Shown here: positions 10,696-20,000 of the stretch, piece after piece
Layout of the letters: each line of letters starts with the position of its first letter
Position numbering within the stretch: the stretch's first letter is position 1
NCBI GenBank assembly: GCA_000934665.2
Contig: JYFJ02001620.1
Coordinates: 54,267-74,266, forward strand
Source of the DNA: Catajapyx aquilonaris
Taxonomy: Eukaryota
Reading direction: 5' to 3'
DNA: 20,000 nucleotides
Made by a program: the position numbers and the translations under genes
Notes under the pieces: model-generated
Told to the model about the DNA's origin: nothing
The model's input: the letters and a program-made list of their open reading frames with translations, nothing else
The model's database searches: none

Positions 10696-11600
10696 ATTTG
10701 GCAGCGGCTTATTGGCGGCCCCGAAAATCGACTTTTTTCGAACTTTTTTTTTGTGCTCCTCAAACGTGGCCAACTCACCAAACCGGCGCCATCTTTATTT
10801 TTATGAAAAATCATAACCGGTCAGTATTCCGCCAATTTAAGAGCCAAAAACATTCACATTAGGCTAACTATGACCCGTAAAATATGTCAAAAAATACGAT
10901 GGATTAAAATATTTAGTCATAACCTACTAAAATGCGTGGTAATTCGAAAGAAAAAAAAAAGGGAACAGCCGAGTCGCGTTTTTTTTCTCTCACTCAGGCC
11001 GTTCAGTAATGACCAGCTCTGGTGAGTATCTTTTAGCTCATTGCTCGTACACACAGTGGTTACCATGTACATACAGAGTATTCGTAGTTAAAACCAGGGT
11101 GTAAACCATGTTTGACAGCCGTTTTAATAGCTTCATACACTAAAAAACTGGTTATGACCACATTTTGACCTGGTCATAACCTGTCATAACCCTCCCGCCA
11201 TTTTGAGTCAAAAAATTTAACCCCCTGTCGCTTTTCATCTACATAAAAAACGACATATTTCCAAAAATATTAATATAATATCTTAAAAATTTAAAAAATG
11301 GGCCCCCACAACCTCTACCATCCCCCCCTCTATGACAGCCATCTTCCTCGAAATAATTTTTCATGGGCGAAGTGGAGGGGGGGAAGGGGAGAGGGGCGGA
11401 GGAGGGGGCGAAAAGCAATAAAACGCATAATTCCACCCCCCCTAACTCCACCCCATTTTTTTTTGAGAAAGAAGAAAAAAAATCCTCCATGTACGACGCG
11501 TCTAGTGTGCAGATCCAGTAAGTTCCAGGAATTTACAGGAAAAAAATATTTTGCTGTGAAGGGAGCGGTTCTAAAAATATAGGGAGGAGAGGGAGGGGGG
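10696..11600. promoter_or_regulatory. Bidirectional promoter region shared by COG7 and the BTB gene
   Basis: Head-to-head genes. YY1/Pho-like sites GGCGCCATCTT (10785-10795), CCGCCATTTTG (11195-11205) and GCCATCTT (11338-11345). Inr-like TCAGT at 11003-11007. Plus-strand donors G|GTGAGT (11022) and A|GTAAGT (11518) suggest 5' UTR exons. Confidence 0.6.
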
Positions 11601-11615
11601 GGGGGGGTGATTCCA

Positions 11616-11660
11616 TTTTTTTTTGGCATAATTTTTTTTTGGCATAATTTTTTTTTGCAA
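11616..11660. repeat. Short tandem repeat (T9GGCATAA)x2 + T9GCAA
   Basis: Directly visible 16-nt unit in a homopolymer-rich stretch. Confidence 0.8.
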
Positions 11661-12013
11661 TTGCTGCCAACCAACGTTCGATTTTTGTATTAGAAACAAG
11701 TTTTTTCGTGTGTGAATAGGCCTAGTACGTTGTTACAAGTAGCTGGCGAAATTTCTGCGTGCAATTTTTTTTGCACGGTCGATTAATTATTAATAAATTT
11801 TTTTTGTGCGAAATTAATGTACAATATTTTTGTGTGGTTTTTTGCATGGCCTGGCACCACTGTTTGGTGTGATCAGGCACCAATCACATTTCCCCACTGA
11901 TCACTTATAATGTAAACACACAGGAGTTGGTTGAACCCATTTTTTTGGGGGAAGTCTCCACAAATAATTTTTTATTAAATATTTTTTTTTTTCGCCTCTG
12001 GATGTATGTGGAG

Positions 12014-15000
12014 ATGGCGTCGACGATGCAGCAGTACTGCTTGAAGTGGAAGTATCACCACAACAACCTGCTACAGATGTTCAGCCAGTTGTTGCTGAAC
12101 GAGAACTTCACGGACGTGATGCTGGCTTGCGAGGGGGGTCGGACTCTGAAGGCGCACAAGGTGGTGCTCAGTGCTTGCAGTTCATACTTTGAGCAGCTGT
12201 TCCTCGAGTTCAGGGAGAAGAACCCCATTGTGATACTCAAGGATGTGGCCTTTGCGGACGTGCAGGCGCTGGTTGAGTTCATGTACAAGGGAGAGATCAA
12301 CGTTACGCACGTGAGTATGGGACACACTGGTTGCAAGCTGGAGTGAACTGTGCAGTTAGTTGTGGCGTGTACAACACTTCGTCATTGTGCGGAAGTGGTA
12401 AATGTAACAGAAAATTTGAACGCTTTACTTGATAAACTTGTGCATGTTGATTTATGCTGAAACTAAAAAGTAAAAGCATGAAAAATATCCATACAATGTC
12501 CGGAAACCCAGTGTCGAGATCTTTCAAGTCAAATATTTATTGCTAGTGATTGCAGAAAATCTTGACTTGCCGACTCATTATGAATGTTTATGATGGACTT
12601 CATTCACCGCACGACGGAGTATTTAAAAATGACTTGGAATGAAACGACATAGTATAAAAATCAATTAACCTGCCAAAATTGGACTGATACGTTTTTAGTG
12701 ATGATAATTAGTCTGGCAGGGCTATGTTAAGCTAGCTAACCCCAGGTCCACTCTTACTGTCAATATTTTAAGAACTCAAAAGTGCGCTTCCCAGAAAAAC
12801 CTGTATATACAGTCTGTCGATCATTATTGATCACCACTTCTACACAATAATTATTATGAATCCAAAACTTGTGTGAATTTTTTTTACAAATGCAGGTAAT
12901 GACCCAGTTAATATTTGTGGTTGACAAAATCAAGTAGCAGGGTCTTCACATGGTTGATTTCATGTGTGTGTTCTTGGCAATTAGTTAGGAGGCTAAATAG
13001 ACGGGAATTTAACCTATTCACTCACTTCATGTGAATCCATACATGTGAATTGAATTACATTGTGACTAATTGCAGTGAAAATGTGTGACCTTGTTGTTCG
13101 TGTTACATCCTGAAAAATTCCCAATTTCTTCACTTAGGACCAGCTTCCTTCTCTCCTGCGAACAGCAGAGAATCTACATGTGAAAGGACTGGCAGAAGTG
13201 TCTGGAAAGGCAGATGAGGTCCTACATACCCCACCTTTGTCCAGCAGTGGAGCAGCCAGTGGTGGAGGCAATCAGCACTCCAGTACTCCAGGGACACCTT
13301 CTAACTCGTTCCAGCAGCAGATGGACCAGCAGTCAGATGACAGCCCACCAACAAAGCGAAGAAGGGGGCGGCCTCCACTCGACTCGACTACCCTCCAGCA
13401 TTCTGTCTTTGACCAGCGATCTGACATCAAGGTTGGTTAAATTCAGGGAGCTAGTTTACATGCTAATATATGTGATTAACGGGTCAGTAACTCTACAGTT
13501 ATGCATTCTTCCACTTGTAGATGGAGGATGGCTCACACATGTATGGCAACCAGGATGGTGGAATGTCACAAGGAGAGACAAGTGAGGACTCAGGTGCAGG
13601 CAGCAATGCATATGTGACCCTTAGCACCAGCGGAAGTGGAGCAGGTCAGCTGCAAGGAAATGGTCTCGAAGGGATTTTGAAAATGAATGATTACCTGTTG
13701 ACGGGAACGAGGCAGCAGTTTTGGGACGAAGCATCTACCAAGAGAGTCATGGAGGCCGTCAAGAATAAGGAAATGGAGATGAAAAAGGCTGCTGAAATAC
13801 TAGGAGTCTCATATGGCACCCTGTATGGGCGATATCGGGAGGTATATGGATGTCTGAAGCATCCACACAAGGATACCTGGGGATCAAGGTCGACACAGCA
13901 ATATCCAGAGGTACTCGAGAAGCTCAGGAGGAATGAGCTTGACCTTACACAGGCTTCGGAGCTACTCAATATCAAGGTGGGTGCCTTTTCGTCGGGTCAG
14001 AATTAGGTTGTTTGTACACCTCTTGTCCTGCAAGTAATAGCGGAAATTTCACATATGCTTGCCTCAGTACATACATTCATGAAAAGCCTGTCAAATTAGG
14101 TTTTCAATGGTGTATGTAACTCATTGCCACTCGTTAAGGTGACAGTGCTAGTGTAAATGAGCAGCAAGGTTTTCACCAATACAGATGTGAACTAAATTCT
14201 GAAATTTGTGTTATTCTGTGAAAGAGGCTACATTATAGGCTTGTACAGACATTGACGACTATTGCGTTTTACTCACCTGACCATTTAACGTAACAGTTTA
14301 ATTCTTACCCGGCAAATTGAGTCACCTGACATTGAGTCATCCAATATTCTTAAGGTTGTACAATATATTAAAATCTTTAAGAAATATGTTTAAGTTCACA
14401 TGCATGTGTTGGCAAGTTTATTCCCCACTACACCATGCGACAATTATAAAATTTTTCATCCTCAGATGATTTAAGTACAAGGTTGATCGCACAACAGGAT
14501 TAAAAGTGCTACAGAAATAGGCAGACATGCTGTTTTGATTGCCATTTGAAATGAACAGTTTCAGACTAGAGTATGGTACTCCTAACTTCAGTTCAGGCAG
14601 AAAATAAGGAACTTTTTGTTTTCCCTGATGCTTATTTTGTCGATACCATGTACCAATTAGGTATTAGTCCACTGGTATTTTCTCTTGCATTGAACTGCGA
14701 TTCAATTAATGCTTTTTTTCTCTCTGAAGGTGAGTGCCTTAAGTAGCTACTTGACCAATGTGAACACGACCACAGCCTGCCTCACAACGCCTCAGAGGTT
14801 GGATGCTGTAGCTGCAGTAGCTGCTTCTGCGTCAGTAGCGGGCAGCGGAGGAGGAGACCATGCGTCAGGTGCCACAGCTAGAAGATCTCTGGCTCCCTCT
14901 CCACCACCCCCACCATTACAAGGGGCTGACAATGACGATGACGATGACGACGACGACGATGAGGATGACAACTATGACGGTGTGGACCACAAACCAATAT

Positions 15001-15056
15001 TGGCTGTTGGGAGGGAGTCACTCCCTGTCTGTCACAACGTCAAGAAAGGGAAGTAA
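12014..15056 (+). CDS. Tramtrack-group BTB/POZ transcription factor with AT-hook and pipsqueak-like HTH(s), ~457 aa; probably a Drosophila CG3726 homolog
   Basis: Exons, all phase 0, total 1374 nt: 12014-12310 (QQYCLKWKYHHNNL...DVMLACEGGRTLKAHKVVLSACSSYF...FMYKGEINV), 13138-13431 (DQLPSLLRTAENLHVKGL; AT-hook KRRRGRPP), 13521-13976 (EMKKAAEILGVSYGTLYGRYREVYGCLKHP), 14730-15056 (Ala/Pro/Asp-rich tail). The start could alternatively be 12002 or 12026. The CG3726 resemblance (YCLxWKYHH, GVSYGTLYGRYRE) is from memory and not verified by a search. Confidence 0.88.
14928..14978 (+). repeat. (GAY)n trinucleotide repeat encoding a poly-Asp acidic tract
   Basis: GAC/GAT run encoding DNDDDDDDDDDEDDNYD in the last BTB-gene exon. 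Confidence 0.9.
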
Positions 15057-15184
15057 AACTTGACTTCCCTTGACCTTAAACCGTGCATCTTTTTGAAAAA
15101 TGGTGCTTCTTCACTTGTTTCAATGCCTTTTTTCTATCTAGTCTTTTTTTTGACCCTGTGAAATTTGAGATGTAATCCACCAAG

Positions 15185-15351
15185 GACTGAGTGATGTGGT
15201 GCCATTTCTTTACTGATGCAAACCCGGTGGTTCTCTTTTTAATTGTCGTTTGAAAAAGCACGTTCTCGGCACCTTTTCCAACCTGGTTTTAACCTTATGC
15301 AGACTGAGTGATGTGGTGCCATTTTTTTTCATATGCAAACCAGGTGGTTCT
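15185..15351 (+). repeat. 50-bp direct repeat (15185-15234 and 15302-15351), 45/50 identical
   Basis: GACTGAGTGATGTGGTGCCATTT...ATGCAAACC.GGTGGTTCT occurs twice with a period of 117 nt, just downstream of the BTB stop codon. Confidence 0.9.
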
Positions 15352-18300
15352 TTATATTGAAACATCTAATTAGCAGCTAATCAAATCCTGCTCACTTGCA
15401 ATCTTCACATGCATCTGGTTTGAACCATTATAATAGCTGTTTTATGTTCGCATAATAGTTAGGATAGGATCAGGGTTTTTTTTTGAAACGTATGTGGACC
15501 ACTGTAGGCTTAATTTACCTTGATTATTATCAATACACCCATGTCAATAGACAATGCGATCAATTCGCAAGTACATAGGACCGGAATAAACTGCCCCATC
15601 TTGATTTCAACAGCAAAACCGATACAATACAGCCAGTGAAACACAAACCACCGTATGATGGATGCATTGCAAAGAAAAAAGTTCCTTGTAACTACATTCT
15701 AATGCAGTTGACACCTTAATTGAAATGAATTAACTGATATATGCTGTGAACCTTTCTTATTATGCAACAGTGTCGAAAAAATAATTTGTTAAAAGCATAA
15801 GAGATGAGATTGAGTCTATGGATTGTGCCAAAAATGTACACTTGAGGTATAGGGCCATATTGACAAAAAAAAAGAGAGAATAAACAATTATTATTAATTG
15901 GGCGATTAGGATGAGTAAATGGGACCAGACTTAAAGAAAAATTGCAACTGAGAAGTGGTGATGTTCCTAGGCAAAGACTTTGCATGCAGTCAATCTGATG
16001 ACTGATTTAAAAGCATAGGAATTTATAAACATTGATATGTGAAGAGAAAGATATGTGTGTAGAACTTTTCCCCCTTGATTTCCACCTTCCCCTTCCTCCC
16101 TGAAAAAATCACCCAAGTGTTTTTAATGGGCTGAAGAAGAGAGATACCTATAGTTGTAATAACTCCCTCCCCATCTTCTATGGAACTAGAAACCATGGGC
16201 AAAGTGTCATATGTCAGGATTGTAAATGTTAATGTGTGCATGGGAGCTGAGTGACATGTTGCAAAAGCTTTAATTTTCTTTTCTTTTCATTTCTTTAAAG
16301 AATTTGTACAGGGCATCACATTTGTCATACCTCACGGGAATTACCCAGGGTAGGAAGTAATGTGATGGCCAGAATTTTATCTATTGTACTATACTTGCAT
16401 GATAGTAAGGGCTGAGTGCTGGATATGCCATAATTTTCGCCTGATACTTCATGATTAGACCCCAGTGCTTGTGTAAAATTTCAGACATCAGAGTGTGTAG
16501 CGTGCACTTTAAAAATATCGCATTGTCTTCCAAGAGGCTAAAAATCATTATGTAGCATTAAATGCATTTTTGGCAAAATGTGCCATATACATGACCCCAT
16601 TTATTTTCTGCAATTATGTGCAGACAACCAAAAAAATTGTATATCTTCTGCCCATGGTACATATAAATTTTTATACCATGCGGAATCATTTATGCCAAAA
16701 TTATATAACGACTCTTCAGTTGTATGTGCCTAAATGTGATAACCTATTCCAGTGCGTTTATTAGTTTGTAACAAGTTTATATTTTTAGTAATGCCACTTT
16801 TATCACTTTATTGAGGTGAGTGAAATGAGTAAATGTGAGTTTTTAAAAGGAAGCAAAAAAGAACAAGCCCAACACTTGATGTCTACTGATCCTGATTTCT
16901 TGCATTGATATGCATTGTAAACCATTTTTAAAAACGGAAAAAAGTAGTTACTGGTGCAGTGCCTATCGTTATTACTCTGAAAGTTAATCAAGGTGTTTTT
17001 AATAGCCATATGATGAGAGAAAAATGAAAAATACTGGAGCAAAGGTTTTGTTCAAACAAGATCATATGTGCAAGATGGAGGACAATCAGCGCTTATGAAT
17101 GGCGGTTTCTGAGGCACAAGCGCACTACTATACTACAACTAGAATCTTTTGGATATGCATTCTTAAAGTTCCTACATGCTATCCTGTCAACACCTTTTTT
17201 TAAAGAAGGTTTTGAGAGTTGAACAAAAGTGTGACCACAATATCAGGGGCGCATACAACATTGAAACGACGTGGCAACATTGTCGGTTGATAGTCATATA
17301 GGGCAGATATATTATACACTATAATAGATTATCTATATGGTTCCCCCCTCCCCCCTTTTTTCTGTTTGCCTTAATCATAACACCAACAATAGTAATGTCC
17401 CATCCGTTTGCCCATCTCGGCTTTTGTGATACTTTTTTATCTACTTTTCATTTCCTGCGTAGATGTGGATAGTGCCATCATTTTTTCAATACTGCCTTCA
17501 CACCTTTTCCCACCCCTCACTTTGTAACACATTAGTGCAGATCTACTGATCACATATAGTGTAAGAGACTGTTGTAAGACGGAAGACGAGTCAAAACAAC
17601 TCATTTTAAGCTATTGTCCGCCAAGCGGGCCTTTATTTATGCATTTTTATAATGATGGTTATGAGAAAAAAATTATTACAAAATGAATGCTATTACCTGG
17701 GAATATTGGAGGAAAGAAGAAGAAAAAAATGTAAGTGTATTAGTTGATGGCAAGGCCTGAAAATATGATTATCCCTCAAGGTCTTTTCACCATGTACAAA
17801 GCGTAAAGAGTGTACTTGTTATGTAACTGTAGTAATCTCTTGCCTGTAACTTTTTCCAACATGTTATCCAGAATTCACTGGTTTGATGATACACATGCCA
17901 CACAACATAATGAGATACACAAATTATGTGCATAAATTCCCCCTCCCCAAAGCTGGTGTAGTTAAATTTCTTTCCTGCCCACATGTAATGCTGCAATATT
18001 TGAGTTAACCCTCAGTTGCACTGACAATAACTCTTCTTTTTTTTATAAAAGAAAAGACGGATGCCAGAATGCAGCATGAAAGTTGACAGACCAATTTTTT
18101 TCCCCCCATAGAAGTGTTCTTTGTTTTTCCCAATAAATCCATATCGTGTAATAGTGTGAACAAACAGGTTTTGTGTTTGTTTGGTGGTCCATTCTCTGGG
18201 AGGGCAAGAGGTTCACTTATTAACAGGTCTCAGAGCATTCCCCATTTTGGACCAAATTTGTTGTTTTAACAAATGAAAAAAAGAACGAACCAAAAAAAAA

Positions 18301-18516
18301 ACATCACCTCTTGACCTCCCATGTAAGTTTCCGTATCCGTGCAGTGCCTGTCATTAAGAAGCGCAGTATTAGCCGCAAAAAAAACAACAACACAATAATC
18401 TATAAGGTGGTGTATAACTTATTATGTACTTTTCAGCAGCAGCAGCATCAGTCATGGCAGTGATTCATAATTATTGTGGTGACTGTAATACGCTCTTGTA
18501 CTAGCAGTTTCTCTCC

Positions 18517-18570
18517 AATAAAAAAGGAAACAACATGACATAACTGTTGTTCATTGTGTTCTGTGTGTGT
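18517..18570 (+). terminator. Polyadenylation signal with GT-rich downstream element (likely distal 3' end of the BTB gene)
   Basis: AATAAA at 18517-18522 followed about 25 nt later by TGTTGTTCATTGTGTTCTGTGTGTGT. Confidence 0.6.
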
Positions 18571-18639
18571 ATTCGTTTCTCAACATGAACCTCAAGTTGG
18601 AGCTTTAAAACAGCGTAGGACCTTTTAGGCGTGACGACT

Positions 18640-18656
18640 TGACGTCATTTGTTTAC
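18640..18656. promoter_or_regulatory. CRE palindrome abutting a forkhead site
   Basis: TGACGTCA (18640-18647) and TGTTTAC (18650-18656), followed by a GCCATGTT YY1-like motif and a GC-richer stretch. Confidence 0.45.
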
Positions 18657-19264
18657 ATTTCTTGCGGTGGCCATGTTTCTGGGAGTCAAAAGCCAGCAAT
18701 GGAGGTATGCTGTGCGGCTTGTGGGTGCAACTTTTGCTGTAGTAAATAAACCACCCGGTTATTATTTCGGTTCAAAAGTGATGTGCAGGGGAGGGCCAGA
18801 TTGTTGGCGGCGGTTGGCGGCCCTCGGGAGAGTGGAAAAGGTCGGGAAGAGTTAGGAACCCACCGAACATCAGAGGATTTGTGGAGCTCACACTTTGCCC
18901 AAACCTGTGTTTATTTCCCAGGTGGAAGTATAGCAGTGTGACTAATTATACATTTAATTTTTTGTGCACATTTGGGTGATGCGTTACTAGGAGCTGCAGA
19001 CTTTGCAGGGATAACTTCAGAGTTCACATGAGTCGTATAATACAGTATAGTAGCATACGAGGCCTATAATAAGACATCAATATATGGACGAATGGACCTA
19101 AACGGACCTAAAGCTACTTACCCAAACTGTCAACATGTGTGTAAGGTGAATAAATGATCAGTTACAGTGAATATTCCACATAAAACACCGTATTAATTAT
19201 GAGCATTGGTTACCTCTTTTACTGTTTTGTTGCATTTTCAGATGTCTGTATTGCCATTAACAGG

Positions 19265-19322
19265 TAACTGATGTCTGATGACAACAATACTTATAAGTAT
19301 TGTTGTCATCAGACATCAGTTA
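19265..19322. repeat. Perfect 58-bp palindrome (29-bp arms, no spacer)
   Basis: TAACTGATGTCTGATGACAACAATACTTA|TAAGTATTGTTGTCATCAGACATCAGTTA. Confidence 0.98.
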
Positions 19323-19323
19323 T

Positions 19324-19391
19324 ATATATGCAAGTTCATGTGTTTAAAAAATACATAAATGTATTTTTTAAACACATGAACTTGCATATAT
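19324..19391. repeat. Perfect inverted repeat, 33-bp arms, 2-nt spacer
   Basis: ATATATGCAAGTTCATGTGTTTAAAAAATACAT-AA-ATGTATTTTTTAAACACATGAACTTGCATATAT. Confidence 0.98.
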
Positions 19392-19466
19392 TTAGGAACT
19401 ATGCTATAGTTTTGTTTTTTTAAATTGCAGCCTCATGAGAGCTTTCAGGAGGAAGATCAAAAATGC

Positions 19467-19493
19467 CCTGACCTGACCTGACCTAACCTAACC
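19467..19493. repeat. Pentamer microsatellite (CCTGA)3(CCTAA)2, related to the arthropod TTAGG telomere repeat
   Basis: Directly visible; the reverse complement is (TTAGG)2(TCAGG)3. Confidence 0.75.
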
Positions 19494-19948
19494 AAAAGTT
19501 AGACTTTCCATCCGCAAAGTAGTTGGCCTACCCAGTATAGCTACCCGGCGAAAGAAAATCTTGAAATTCATTGCCCACCCCACCAGCCAGTTGACAGGAT
19601 CTAAGAATACAAGGCACACACGTACTCCAGCTAAATGGTAAATGAATAAGGCCTGTGCTGCCTTGGCCACTGCCAATCCACATAGCCCACCCCAATGCCA
19701 CCTCAACCATCACTACACGCCACACATTTTCTGCTCAATAACCAATTTTTAACCATGTCTTTTGGCGAAGAGTAATATTCTATCTATGCATGCATCTATA
19801 AAAGTGAAAACTATTAATGAAAGTGTAACCCTGGTGCGCCCTGGTGTAACCATGAGACAAGCTGGGCAGTTGCCTGTGAGCCCCATGAGCATGATGAGAG
19901 ACCCCATATATGCTAATCTGTGCGCGTTTGACTTGCTGTCTGTAATTA

Positions 19949-20000
19949 GGGGTCGTCCATAAACCACGTGACCGATTTTCGGGCACTTTTTGACCCCCCC
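19949..20000. mobile_element. Probable left terminus of a PIF/Harbinger-type MITE or DNA transposon, truncated by the window end
   Basis: TTA (candidate TSD, 19946-19948) followed by GGGGTCGTCCATAAACCACGTGACC...TTTTTGACCCCCCC, resembling widespread arthropod GGGGnnnTCCATAAAnnACGT...TTTTGACCCCC termini. The partner TIR is not in the window. Confidence 0.5.

Noticed and set aside
11239..11674. ORFs of 83-114 aa in the promoter region
   Set aside because: They are translations of homopolymer-rich low-complexity DNA.
15191..15307. Possible C/D-box snoRNA (GTGATGT...CTGA)
   Set aside because: Box C is imperfect, there is no terminal stem, and I could identify no rRNA-complementary guide; the direct repeat explains the motifs.
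15716..17996. Short ORFs in the AT-rich region downstream of the BTB stop
   Set aside because: They have no recognisable motifs or coherent exon structure, consistent with UTR or intron sequence.
18975..19030. Possible C/D snoRNA with short rRNA-like matches (CGTTACTAGG, CAGGGATAAC)
   Set aside because: The boxes are non-canonical and the matches are too short or in the wrong orientation.
1..20000. CRISPR arrays, operons, prokaryotic defence systems, tRNA or rRNA genes
   Set aside because: The sequence is intron-containing eukaryotic DNA; I saw no repeat-spacer array or structural RNA gene.

Overview
Eukaryotic, most likely arthropod, genomic DNA with short GT-AG introns; it is not prokaryotic. 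I reconstructed four spliced genes by hand. (1-2) Two tandem minus-strand transferrin paralogs of the insect Tsf1 type: TfB is complete (13 exons, 6562->3190, ~676 aa); TfA starts at 2279 and runs off the left edge. (3) COG7 (minus strand, 4 exons, ~718 aa). (4) A Tramtrack-type BTB / AT-hook / pipsqueak-like HTH transcription factor (plus strand, ~457 aa, resembling Drosophila CG3726), head-to-head with COG7. The most unusual signals are: two back-to-back perfect hairpins at 19265-19391 whose first arm overlaps a candidate 5' splice site; an AG|GTGAGT recursive-type splice junction inside the second HTH of the BTB gene, with a candidate distal terminal exon and poly(A) site; divergent iron ligands, intron positions and kappaB sites between the two transferrins; and a repeated TCATAACC motif plus YY1/Pho-like sites in the bidirectional promoter. 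Nothing here proves a new biological system; the findings are hypotheses to test.
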